A DNA stretch of 47,159 nucleotides from Dehalococcoidia bacterium (GCA_030602805.1 JAUVZA010000002.1:1-47159), one strand, 5' to 3'. Positions 24,906 to 33,569 are shown, counted from the first letter of the stretch. Numbers and translations: made by a program. Notes: generated from the sequence alone by a model not told the origin.

Positions 24906-25145
24906 GTGGTGAGCAGGTTAAGGGGATTAATTATCTTCATTGGCAGCGTGGTGCTTATGATGCTGGGTTTCGGGATGTACCGCGCCCCTCACATTGACTG
25001 GGAGGGTTTCCTTGAGGCGTGGTCTTTGGTGTTCAGTGACATAGCCAGGTTAATAGATGACCCTTTTGCCGTGTTAGGGATTGTAGTGGTGGTAATCGGG
25101 TTCCTGGTGGCGGTTAGTGGGCTGCGCCGCGCTGTGCGAGGATAA
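24906..25145 (+). CDS. small 2-TM membrane protein
   Basis: 79-aa ORF with a GTG start and two hydrophobic helices. It lies 32 nt upstream of the kinase in a different frame. Confidence 0.45.
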   Translation: MVSRLRGLIIFIGSVVLMMLGFGMYRAPHIDWEGFLEAWSLVFSDIARLIDDPFAVLGIVVVVIGFLVAVSGLRRAVRG

Positions 25146-25177
25146 GCTAGGGATAACCGGGCGCAAAAAGTAGGCAA

Positions 25178-25873
25178 ATGATGGCACAGAATACGAAAGG
25201 AATGGAATTTATCTCGGCTACCACACACGAGCTTAAGACCTCTCTCACTGCTATTATTGCTTCAGCCGAGCTCCTCAGTGATGAACTTCAGCTAGACAAG
25301 AAAAGCGTGTCGGGGAGGCTCATTCAAAGCATCATCCGAAATGCCCATAGCATAGATGAAAGGCTGTCTCGCTTTCCAGAGATGGCAAAATTGCTAGCCG
25401 GGGATTTGCGATTACAACTAGAGCCTGTTGAAATTGGGCAGGTTATCCACAATGTGGCGACACGGTTTTACCCCAGAATCCGAAGCAGAAGCCAATCCCT
25501 CACTGTGGAATTACCCAATTCTCTGCCCTTGGTCAAGGCGGATAGGCAATATCTAGAGGAGATTCTGCTAGCTCTGGTAGCCAATGCCAGCAAGTGCACC
25601 CCAGAAAGAGGCAAAATAAAGGTAGGTGCCCGGCAGGATGGCGAGAGCTTAGTGGTTCAGGTAAGTGACACCGGGGTGGGCATCCCGACTGAGGAGCAAG
25701 AACGAATCTTTCAGCCCTATTACCAGATTAAGCAAGACGGGGAAGGAAAGAAAACCGGTAGCGGGCTTGGGTTAGCTATCACTAAATCCCTTGTTGAGCT
25801 ACACGGAGGCAAGATATGGGTGGAGAGCGAACCGGGGAAAGGTAGCACCTTTGCCTTCTCCCTGCCCTTGTAG
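25178..25873 (+). CDS. histidine kinase core (HisKA + HATPase_c) without a sensor domain
   Basis: H-box [13 protein letters not shown]-box [11 protein letters not shown]1 DTGVGIP, G2 GSGLGLAI. The protein starts directly at the DHp domain. Confidence 0.85.
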   Translation: MMAQNTKGMEFISATTHELKTSLTAIIASAELLSDELQLDKKSVSGRLIQSIIRNAHSIDERLSRFPEMAKLLAGDLRLQLEPVEIGQVIHNVATRFYPRIRSRSQSLTVELPNSLPLVKADRQYLEEILLALVANASKCTPERGKIKVGARQDGESLVVQVSDTGVGIPTEEQERIFQPYYQIKQDGEGKKTGSGLGLAITKSLVELHGGKIWVESEPGKGSTFAFSLPL

Positions 25874-26038
25874 TAGTCAGTAGCCAGTAGCCAGTAGATA
25901 CTGAATTCAGGAGAAATGAAAACGTAAAAATAAAAATGCAAACCAAAAATCAAAAATGTAGAGGGTTGGCGCAAGGGAAGGGAAGGATAATTTTGCATTT
26001 TACTCTGTAGTTTTTATCTTTTATCTTTGAGTTTTAAT

Positions 26039-26737
26039 ATGAAAGTAGTGGTAATTGATGACTCTCCAGAGATTATAGAGGTTGTCTCTCTGTGCTTCCA
26101 GCTCCGCTGGAGCGGCACTACCTTGGTCTCAGCCAGCAAGGGTGCCAAAGGGCTAGAGCTTATCGAAGCCAAAAATCCTGATGTGGTTATCTTAGATATA
26201 GGGCTGCCCGATATGGATGGCTTCCAGGTTCTTCGTGAGATACGGCTCTTCTCTCAAGTGCCAGTGATAATGCTAACAGTAAGGGGCGAGGATACCGATA
26301 TAGCCAGATGTCTTGAGATGGGGGCAGATGATTATATGGTAAAGCCCTTCAGCCATATTGAACTAATAGCCCGAGTGCAGGCGGTGCTGCGCCGTGTCCG
26401 GGGGTTATCTGTTACCACTGAGGAACGTCCCTTTGTCAGCGGTAAACTATCGGTCGACTTCGCCAGCAATGAGGTAATGGTAAATGGGAAGTCAGTGAAG
26501 CTTAGCGCCACTGAATCCAAGCTGCTCCACCATCTAATTAGAAATGAGGGCAGGCTGCTCTCCCACGAGAACCTGTTAACCAAGGTATGGGGGGGAACAT
26601 ACCGAGATGCCAGAGACCTGCTAAGGGTACATATTCAGCACTTAAGACAGAAGCTAGGGGATAGTGCTGAATCGCCCAATATTATCGTCACCGAGCACGG
26701 GATGGGCTATAAGTTTGCCAGGCCGGCAAATTCTTAG
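26039..26737 (+). CDS. OmpR-family response regulator
   Basis: Receiver domain (VVVIDD, DIGLPDMDG, KPF) plus a winged-helix output domain (LSATESKLLHHL...GMGYKF). The track starts at TTG 26027; ATG 26039 gives MKVVVIDD. Confidence 0.9.
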   Translation: MKVVVIDDSPEIIEVVSLCFQLRWSGTTLVSASKGAKGLELIEAKNPDVVILDIGLPDMDGFQVLREIRLFSQVPVIMLTVRGEDTDIARCLEMGADDYMVKPFSHIELIARVQAVLRRVRGLSVTTEERPFVSGKLSVDFASNEVMVNGKSVKLSATESKLLHHLIRNEGRLLSHENLLTKVWGGTYRDARDLLRVHIQHLRQKLGDSAESPNIIVTEHGMGYKFARPANS

Positions 26738-26771
26738 ATTTTCGTTTACTAAACCCACCTTAGGGTAGATT

Positions 26772-26950
26772 GAAGAGGTGCTAACACCTCTTGAAAACCT
26801 GTGCTTTCCTCTCTTTTGAAGGAGAAAAATACTATAAGGAGGGTCAAAGAGAGGTCAACAGAGTCGCCTCTAGCGAGTGGTGCCTCTCTTAAAAATAATT
26901 GCCTCCTCTCCTTTCTTTCCTTTGAAGGGGGGATTAGGGGGTGAGGTAGC
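26772..26950 (+). repeat. G-rich hairpin-cluster repeat (family 1), degenerate copy A
   Basis: AAGAGGTGctaaCACCTCTT, AAGAGAGG...CCTCTCTT, and the tail GGGGGGATTAGGGGGTGAGGTAGC. Confidence 0.65.
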
Positions 26951-26954
26951 ACAC

Positions 26955-27012
26955 CAGAGACCTGGGTCTAATCAGGATGGCGTTCTAACCAACTGAGCTG
27001 ATAGCTGGGACC
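26955..27012 (-). pseudogene. tRNA-Ile(GAT)-like 5' fragment (acceptor 5' strand to variable loop), not foldable
   Basis: The minus strand reads GCTATCAGCTCAGTTGGTTAGAACGCCATCCTGATTAGACCCAGGTC. The D-arm and CTGAT anticodon-loop context are tRNA-like, but the anticodon stem is broken and the T-arm and 3' end are absent. Confidence 0.5.
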
Positions 27013-27026
27013 AGCTTTAATACCTC

Positions 27027-27221
27027 CTATTTCTCTGGGAATTTTTCTGAAGCAAGCTTACCCCCAATTGCCCAGTTGTGCTTGGGGTTATCTTTAATAA
27101 TTATTTGCACTACTTCTTTAGGAACACCGATTTTCTCAAATGAAGAGGTGATGCCTTCAGCAAGCTGCTTCTTCTGTTCAATGGTGCGCCCTTCCCACAT
27201 CTCCACGAAAACTACTGGCAT
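27027..27221 (-). CDS. 4-oxalocrotonate tautomerase family protein
   Basis: MPVVFVEMWEGRTIEQKKQLAEGIT... has Pro at position 2. AAGGAGGG RBS lies 6 nt before this ATG. The track start at 27248 is probably too far upstream. Confidence 0.8.
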   Translation of the reverse strand: MPVVFVEMWEGRTIEQKKQLAEGITSSFEKIGVPKEVVQIIIKDNPKHNWAIGGKLASEKFPEK

Positions 27222-27244
27222 AATACCCTCCTTATTTTGATTAC

Positions 27245-27784
27245 TCAAATAACACTGGTACGCGAAAAGAATAGATTAGCTATTAGTCCGGCTATTGGCG
27301 GAAAGAAAAAGGTACATGCCAGACGAATTAGGGTGAATTTCCACCCTATTATCCCTATCTCCAGTGGTAACCGGGCAACAGCCCATAATGACCATGCAGT
27401 TATGAAGGCTACCATGGTACCAACACTGGCTCCCACCCGCAGGAGTCCGGCGGCAATGGGCAAACAAACATAGGGACCACCTGGCATAAGACCACCGATT
27501 CCCGCACCAATCAAGATGCCTCGGAAACCAGATCCGGCACCTACCCACTGGGATATCATTTCAGTGGGAATAAGATGCTGAACCATACCAGCTATTATAA
27601 ATGCAAAAATTAGTAGGGGGATAATCTGTAATAGTAGATTCCCGGCTGATTTTAACCCTAGAATATGTTCCCCGCCTCCTTTTTGATAACCAATAAAGAG
27701 AAGGACAATGGCAATTACGCCCATTATTATTGTCGGAATAAGCATTTGTCGGAACCCCCTGTTTTTACTCATACCATTTTTCAT
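27245..27784 (-). CDS. permease, UPF0718/ArsP-like family (tentative)
   Basis: 179-aa polytopic membrane protein with GLMPGGPYVCLPIAAGLL. Confidence 0.65.
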   Translation of the reverse strand: MKNGMSKNRGFRQMLIPTIIMGVIAIVLLFIGYQKGGGEHILGLKSAGNLLLQIIPLLIFAFIIAGMVQHLIPTEMISQWVGAGSGFRGILIGAGIGGLMPGGPYVCLPIAAGLLRVGASVGTMVAFITAWSLWAVARLPLEIGIIGWKFTLIRLACTFFFPPIAGLIANLFFSRTSVI

Positions 27785-27867
27785 CGTTGACTAACTCATC
27801 ATAGTTATTGAGCGATGAGACTGTCAACATAGCTATAAAAAGATTATTTAGCAACCTATCCCCCTGA

Positions 27868-28091
27868 CCCCCTTCCCTTAATAAGGGAAGGGGGAGTATC
27901 GGTGAGAGAGGGGCTAAGCCTCTCTCTAAAACAGCTTCCCCATCGCCTTCAAAACAGCAGGTATTAGAAGAGAGTTAAAGAGAGGCGAAGCCTCTCTTAT
28001 AATATTCTTCCCCCTCCCTTGGTAAGGGAGGGGGATAAAGGGGGTGGGTTACCAAATAAATATTAAGGGGGTGAGGTTAATAAATTATCTC
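27868..28091 (+). repeat. G-rich hairpin-cluster repeat (family 1), copy B
   Basis: Four hairpins at 27868-27894, 27904-27926, 27978-27998 (AAGAGAGGCgaaGCCTCTCTT) and 28010-28034 (CCCCCTCCCTTggtAAGGGAGGGGG). Tail is ATAAAGGGGGTGGGTT...AAGGGGGTGAGGTTAATAAATTATCTC. Confidence 0.8.
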
Positions 28092-28099
28092 ATAATAAA

Positions 28100-28663
28100 C
28101 TAATCACCCTTTCTTACTAGTAGGCATATATTTCTAGAAAAGAACTTGAGCGGGAAGTGGTAGGCGCTTTCGGGGAAGGATTTTAAGACTTCAAAGCCAG
28201 CCTGCTTTACCAGCCTCTCCAGCTCAGCGTAGGAGAACAGGTAGTAGTAGCGATACAGGGTCTTACCCCTCATTCGCCACGGCACAGCTACCTCTCGACG
28301 GCTGAACCAGAACCGGGGTTGCCAGTGGTTCCACACCGTGATGAAGGCTTCACCACCTGGCTTCAATACTCGCCTCAACTCGTTTAATGCCGCTCGCTTC
28401 TTCTCCTCACCTTTTATATGGTGGTAGGTAGCTACTGAGATTGCCCAGTCAAAGGTTTCGTCAGGATAGGGAAGAGAGCTGACATCAGCCAGCGATATGT
28501 CCACAGTAAAACTGAATTTTTTGGAGTATTTTCGGGCTAATTTTAGCATTTCAGTAGAAAAGTCCACACCATATAAATCAAAGGAGTGGATAAAAGGCAG
28601 GAAGTCTGGGCCATGGGCACAGCCAAGATTAAGTAGCTTGCCCTTCTGCCACCGTTGTGCCAC
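28100..28663 (-). CDS. class I SAM-dependent methyltransferase
   Basis: LLNLGCAHGPDF (motif I) and LKPGGEAFITVW. GTG start in the track. A conserved-looking N-terminal extension without a start codon continues upstream (see findings). Confidence 0.8.
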   Translation of the reverse strand: MAQRWQKGKLLNLGCAHGPDFLPFIHSFDLYGVDFSTEMLKLARKYSKKFSFTVDISLADVSSLPYPDETFDWAISVATYHHIKGEEKKRAALNELRRVLKPGGEAFITVWNHWQPRFWFSRREVAVPWRMRGKTLYRYYYLFSYAELERLVKQAGFEVLKSFPESAYHFPLKFFSRNICLLVRKGD

Positions 28664-28759
28664 TGCCTCCAGCTCATTGCGGAATATAGACCAGTGCCTG
28701 AAGCTATACCAACCTGGGGCTATTTGATTAAATATATTTATTGCTATCGCTTCTTCCCC

Positions 28760-30181
28760 CTATGTCTTGGTGAAACCCTTTCTTTCCATTTTACCCCATG
28801 CCGTCTTGCCGCTAAAATAATCCCAGAATGCTTTCACCCGCCACCATACGGTTAGTTGGCGGTATCCGAAATTCTCCAAAAAGGCAGCAGCAACCAATCT
28901 CGTAATGTCCGAGGTCTTCGGGTATCTTCTATAGAAAAGCTCTTCCAATACCACCGCCCCTGTCGAGAGGATGACTCCTATCAGGATTGCCACCGTTAAG
29001 AAAAGGGCAAAGAATGGGAAATCCACTATACCTAATGCATAGCTTATAGGCACGATGATATACCCTGACAGCTCTACCACCGGTGCCAACATCTCAAAGA
29101 ACACGAAATAGGGAAAGGCAACCATTCCAATTGTTCCATATCTCGGGTTTAGCATCATCCTGCGGTGAATACGGAGGGAGTCGATAAGCCCTCGCTGCCA
29201 GCGGTTCCTTTGCCGTCCCAGGGTCCTGAGCGATTCGGGCACCTCGGTCCAGCATACCGGATCAGCCAGAAAGCGTATTTCATATTCCCGCCTTTGTTCT
29301 CGCAGATAGCGGTGCATCCGCACCACCAATTCCATATCTTCGGCAAGTGAGCCTCGTCGGTAACCGCCAACAGCGATGACCACATCTTTTCGGAAAATAC
29401 CAAAAGCCCCTGATATGATAAGCAAGGAGTTCAGAGCACTCCAGCCGCACCGTCCAAAGAGAAAAGCTCGCAGGTATTCGACGGCTTGTATCACAGGTAG
29501 CCAGGCACGAGACAACCCTACATGCACCACGCGACCGCCTTCGATAGTGCAGCCATTGGCAATTCGTACGATGCCGCCCACGGCTACGGTCTTTTCAGGC
29601 CTCTCCAGGAAAGGCTTAGTTACGCGCAAGAGAGCGCCGCCCTCTATCAGCGAATCAGCATCGATGATGCATATTAATGGATATCTTGAAACATTTATTC
29701 CGGCATTTTGGGCGTCAGCCTTGCCCCCATTTACCTTGTCCACAGCAACCAGGTTAGGATAATCTGGCGAACGATAAACGCCCAGTATCTGCTGGCAGGG
29801 CACCCTTTCTTCAATATCTGACGGTATCGGGGGCAGGTTAAAGGAGGTCTTAAGCTTTCCCAAGGTGTTGTCCGTTGAACCATCGTTGACCACGATAACC
29901 TCAAACTCAGGGTATTCCAGCATCAGTAGGGATTTCACACTCTCGTCTATGGTGAACTCTTCATTGTAGGCAGGCGCAATTATGGAGACAGGTATCGTCA
30001 GCGGAGATTGTATTACTCGTCGCCACTGCTCGTGCTCGATGCGTCTTCGGTACCGGAGTACTGAGAAATATGAGATAGCCAACAAGATGAAATAATTGCT
30101 GTTGATGGCGATGAAGTAGATGAGAATGGCTATATTGAAGCCCAAGATTATGCTAGCCAGAACGCCGCCGCTTTGCACCAA
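28760..30181 (-). CDS. processive family-2 glycosyltransferase (PgaC/IcaA/cellulose-synthase-like)
   Basis: VSIIAPAYNEE, VVNDGSTD, IIDADS, AEDMEL and QRNRWQRG (QxxRW), with flanking TM helices. Confidence 0.9.
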   Translation of the reverse strand: MVQSGGVLASIILGFNIAILIYFIAINSNYFILLAISYFSVLRYRRRIEHEQWRRVIQSPLTIPVSIIAPAYNEEFTIDESVKSLLMLEYPEFEVIVVNDGSTDNTLGKLKTSFNLPPIPSDIEERVPCQQILGVYRSPDYPNLVAVDKVNGGKADAQNAGINVSRYPLICIIDADSLIEGGALLRVTKPFLERPEKTVAVGGIVRIANGCTIEGGRVVHVGLSRAWLPVIQAVEYLRAFLFGRCGWSALNSLLIISGAFGIFRKDVVIAVGGYRRGSLAEDMELVVRMHRYLREQRREYEIRFLADPVCWTEVPESLRTLGRQRNRWQRGLIDSLRIHRRMMLNPRYGTIGMVAFPYFVFFEMLAPVVELSGYIIVPISYALGIVDFPFFALFLTVAILIGVILSTGAVVLEELFYRRYPKTSDITRLVAAAFLENFGYRQLTVWWRVKAFWDYFSGKTAWGKMERKGFTKT

Positions 30182-30184
30182 TGT

Positions 30185-31225
30185 TTACACTCCCAAAGCT
30201 CTTTCTGCCAATACTTGTGCCGCTGTGGCACGTGGTGCCTCTTCTTCTGAAGCCGAGGTCTCATGCAGAGCCTCTATGCCTTCTTCACCAAGTCGATACA
30301 GAGCATCGGCGGCGTTGTGCCTAACCCACCAGTTCTCATCTGAGAGTGCCCGCTTGAGCTTATCCACGGCCTGCTTGTCTCCTAGTGCTCCAAGGGCTTT
30401 AGCTGTCTGAGCCCTAGCCTCCCAACTCTCATCGTCAAGCGAAATAATCAGGCTTTCCACGGCTGATACGTCTCCTATCTGACCTAGTGCTTTCACCGCT
30501 GATATTCGAGTTTCTTTATCGGGGTCTCTCAGCAACAAGAAAAGTGATTCCAGAGCCTCAGTAATTTGCAAAAGTCCGCAAATCTGCACGTATAAAAGAC
30601 GGGCATTGATATTTGTGGTTGCTTCGAGTCTGGAAATGATCTCAGGGGTAACTTTGGGCCCCATGCCTATGAGCACCTCGACGATGCGGCTACCCGTCCA
30701 GAGGTCTCCCTCTTCTATTATCCCTAGAAGCAACCGGAGTCCTCTAGGTTCATTCAGTTGTCCCAGCGCCCTCACTGCCGCCAGTCTAACATCTTCGACA
30801 GGGTCTCCTACAGCATCGATAAGGGCGGTAACCGCCATTTGACTCTGCATAGTTCCTAGATTGATGGCAGCTTCGAGCCTTCGCCACCATCTCCTTGAAA
30901 GCAAAGCACTCATCTCGCTTTTCACATAGCCAATTTTCTCAAAGGCAGTGGTCATATTGCATCTGTCCTGTCCCTTCAACTGAGCTGCTAGTTGCAGAAG
31001 CAACTCTTTAATAAACTTTCTATCACCGGGGAAGAGACGGCGTTCCAGTGGCTCTGTCGCTATGGGGTCATTGAGGAGATTAAGCGCATGAGGCTCGAAG
31101 CGGCGCTTTCGTCTTTCAGCGTAACGCTCAAGCAAGTTGACTACCCAGCGACGCAAGACCAGGTAAGGAACGATGGCTAGAATAAGTAACTGTAGAAATA
31201 TGATTGTGTAGATAGTTTCTAACAT
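30185..31225 (-). CDS. membrane-anchored HEAT-repeat protein
   Basis: N-terminal TM helix, then repeated DxxxxVRxxAxxALGxxG units (VEDVRLAAVRALGQL, ETRISAVKALGQIGD, WEARAQTAKALGALGD, WWVRHNAADALYRLG). Confidence 0.8.
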   Translation of the reverse strand: MLETIYTIIFLQLLILAIVPYLVLRRWVVNLLERYAERRKRRFEPHALNLLNDPIATEPLERRLFPGDRKFIKELLLQLAAQLKGQDRCNMTTAFEKIGYVKSEMSALLSRRWWRRLEAAINLGTMQSQMAVTALIDAVGDPVEDVRLAAVRALGQLNEPRGLRLLLGIIEEGDLWTGSRIVEVLIGMGPKVTPEIISRLEATTNINARLLYVQICGLLQITEALESLFLLLRDPDKETRISAVKALGQIGDVSAVESLIISLDDESWEARAQTAKALGALGDKQAVDKLKRALSDENWWVRHNAADALYRLGEEGIEALHETSASEEEAPRATAAQVLAERALGV

Positions 31226-31261
31226 TGTCTAACCAAGCGATAGGAGAATTTGGGATTAGCT

Positions 31262-31651
31262 CTAGGAACGAGAGGTAAGAACATGGTTCACCCGGGCGTT
31301 TAATTCGGCAAAACTAAAAGGTTTGGTGATGTAGTCTTCGGCACCGACTTCGAGCCCAAACACAACATCCTTCTCCTGCACCTTCGAAGTAAGCATTATC
31401 ACCGGGATATTTTTTGTCTCTTCTTGCGACTTGAGCTTCCGCAGAACCTGAAACCCATTCATGACCGGCATCATGATATCGAGCAGGACAAGGTCAGGTT
31501 TCTCCCTCGTGGCAATTTCCAGAGCCTCTCCACCATTCACAGCGAAAATGACCTCATGGCCCACACTTCTTAGTCTGAAGTCAAGCAGTTTGATGCTGAG
31601 GGGATCGTCGTCTGCTACCAATATTCGTGCCAAATGTCCTCCTTTTCTCAA
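31262..31651 (-). CDS. single-domain (CheY-like) response regulator
   Basis: ILVADDD, LLDIMMPVMNG and KPF. The AAGGAGG inside the first codons suggests the real start is the TTG at 31633. Confidence 0.85.
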   Translation of the reverse strand: MRKGGHLARILVADDDPLSIKLLDFRLRSVGHEVIFAVNGGEALEIATREKPDLVLLDIMMPVMNGFQVLRKLKSQEETKNIPVIMLTSKVQEKDVVFGLEVGAEDYITKPFSFAELNARVNHVLTSRS

Positions 31652-31818
31652 AAATAGTTTACCACCTTAAGAAAATCTTGTCTAGATTCTCGTGACATTT
31701 GTCAATTTTATGCCCTAAAGCGTACTTCTGCTCACCATGATGAGACAGAACCGGATTTTTAATAGCGCCATAAGCTGAAATCTGCTAAACTGTTTTTGAC
31801 CCTTAAGGGAAGTATACT

Positions 31819-33213
31819 ATGAGAAAATTCACCAGGACAATATCCGGGGTTACCCCGGTGGCAGTTATGACTGAGCCTATGAAATGCCCAGGGCAATGTA
31901 TATATTGTCCTACTTACTCGGCAACGCCCCAGAGCTATACCCCAGAGTCACCAGCAGTATTGCGAGCTAGAAAATGCGACTATGATGCCAAGAAACAGGT
32001 TGAACTCAGGCTAAAAATTCTATCTGAAATGGGGCACCCCACAGATAAGGTTGAACTGATAGTAATGGGTGGCACTTTTTTAGCATATCCCCAAGACTAT
32101 CAATATCAGTTTATTAAGGACTGCTTTGATGCCCTAAACGGTGAGGAGTCAACTACCCTGGAGGAGGCAAAGCGACTTAATGAAACAACTAACCATCGCT
32201 GCACCGGGTTGTGCATAGAGACCAGACCTGATTGGTGTGGACAAGAGGAGATAGACCGAATGCTTGAATTTGGCACCACCAGGGTAGAACTTGGGGTTCA
32301 AACCTTAGATGATGAAATCTACCGACTGGTAAGAAGAGGGCATAAGGTAGAAGATGTAGTTAAAGCCACCACATTGCTCAAGGAGCACGGCTTCAAGGTG
32401 CACTACCACTGGATGCCGGGATTGCCTGGTTCAAGTCCCAAAGAAGACCTAGAGCTATCGGCAAGGCTATTTAGTGATGACAGCTTTAAACCAGATGGCT
32501 TGAAGCTATATCCCACTATGGTAGTGGAGGGCACTGAGCTGGAGAAGTGGTATCAGGATGGGTGCTACCAACCATACGATGATGATACTATGATTAACCT
32601 GATTTGCCAGATTAAGTCCATTGTGCCCAAGTATGTCAGAATCTCACGGGTGCTGCGTGATATCCCGGCAAAATTTATCGTGGGTGGCTTGAAGGATTCG
32701 CTACGGGATGTAACTAAACAGCGAATGAAGCAGCAAGCCATTGAATGTAAGTGCATCCGCTGCCGAGAGTATGGCCACCGGGCACGAGATGGCTGGGAAA
32801 TCGGCGAACCCCGAATAGTAAGAATGGATTATGAAGCTTCAGGCGGTAAGGAAATTTTCTTGTCATTTGAGGATGAAAATGAAACGCTATTTGGCTTGTT
32901 GCGGATGAGGATTCAATCTAAACCCATAGCTAGACTAGGGTCAGAGATTAGAGGAAATTTAGCCCTAATAAGGGAACTACATATATATGGTCCTGAGGTT
33001 TCTCTAAAGCACCGGAACCCCACCGCAGCTCAGCATAAGGGTTTGGGTAAGGCACTACTAAGGGAAGCTGAGCGAATTGCTGGTGAGGAGTTCCAGGCGC
33101 AGGGGATGGTAGTTTTGAGTGGAACTGGAGCCAAGGAGTACTACCGTGAGTTTGGCTACAGCTCACAGGGAGACTATATGGTTAAGAATCTGTCTCAATC
33201 TGCTCAAGCCTGA
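31819..33213 (+). CDS. elp3: Elp3-like radical SAM / GNAT acetyltransferase (tRNA wobble-uridine modification)
   Basis: CPGQCIYCP Cys cluster and a radical-SAM core. The C-terminal GNAT has HKGLGKALLREAE. Length and order match bacterial/archaeal Elp3. Confidence 0.88.
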   Translation: MRKFTRTISGVTPVAVMTEPMKCPGQCIYCPTYSATPQSYTPESPAVLRARKCDYDAKKQVELRLKILSEMGHPTDKVELIVMGGTFLAYPQDYQYQFIKDCFDALNGEESTTLEEAKRLNETTNHRCTGLCIETRPDWCGQEEIDRMLEFGTTRVELGVQTLDDEIYRLVRRGHKVEDVVKATTLLKEHGFKVHYHWMPGLPGSSPKEDLELSARLFSDDSFKPDGLKLYPTMVVEGTELEKWYQDGCYQPYDDDTMINLICQIKSIVPKYVRISRVLRDIPAKFIVGGLKDSLRDVTKQRMKQQAIECKCIRCREYGHRARDGWEIGEPRIVRMDYEASGGKEIFLSFEDENETLFGLLRMRIQSKPIARLGSEIRGNLALIRELHIYGPEVSLKHRNPTAAQHKGLGKALLREAERIAGEEFQAQGMVVLSGTGAKEYYREFGYSSQGDYMVKNLSQSAQA

Positions 33214-33526
33214 CATCACTAATGCCAAAGTGGTGGGCTATCTCATGCTGCACCACCCTCTGTATCTCGGCGGTAATCTCGGCATCATATCTACATTTAG
33301 CCTCAATCGGCTTCTGGAATATAGTTATTTTATCCGGTGGCACCAGCCCGTAGTGTCGGCTTCGCTTGGTTTGGGGCACACCCTCATAAAGACCCAGTAG
33401 AGTTTCGCTCCGCCTCAGTCCCGCCTTACGCAATTGCCCAGAAGTCGGCCAATCCTCAACCACCACATCAATGTTTTCCAGCTTGGTGCGAAACTCCTCG
33501 GGTAGACTATCAACCGCCCTTGCCAC
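33182..33526 (-). CDS. small zincin metallopeptidase-like protein (DUF1025/Zincin_1-like)
   Basis: HEIAHHFG motif in a ~114-aa protein. Its 3' end overlaps the elp3 3' end by 32 nt in convergent orientation. Confidence 0.7.
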   Translation of the reverse strand: MARAVDSLPEEFRTKLENIDVVVEDWPTSGQLRKAGLRRSETLLGLYEGVPQTKRSRHYGLVPPDKITIFQKPIEAKCRYDAEITAEIQRVVQHEIAHHFGISDVRLEQIETDS

Positions 33527-33569
33527 CAGCCACTCAAATCTTTCCTATCCATAGCCTCTCTCAAGGGGT

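Noticed and set aside
25874-26026. A CRISPR-like or other array. Candidates were GTAGCCAGTAGCCAGTAG, the AAAAAT runs, and more generally the hairpin clusters at 27868-28091.
   Set aside because: There are no regularly spaced identical repeats with unique spacers. The units differ in sequence and spacing, and no cas genes are present.
26749-26952. ORFs 26749..26952, 40856..41176 and 44729..45193 as genes.
   Set aside because: They are translations of the G-rich hairpin repeats, of the rarA stump, or of antisense sequence of the Res fragment. None has an RBS.
28760-28762. TAG reassignment or pyrrolysine decoding. This was prompted by an MttB-family gene plus two in-frame TAGs (28760 between the GT2 and methyltransferase ORFs, and 15060 inside the regulator paralogue).
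   Set aside because: TAG terminates many well-conserved genes here at the expected ends: smpB, the integrase, the dipeptidase, the kinase, the OmpR regulator, the tautomerase and the CheY-like regulator. The MttB homologue has no internal TAG. No pylS/pylBCD-like genes are visible. The two cases are better explained as pseudogenisation or adjacent genes.
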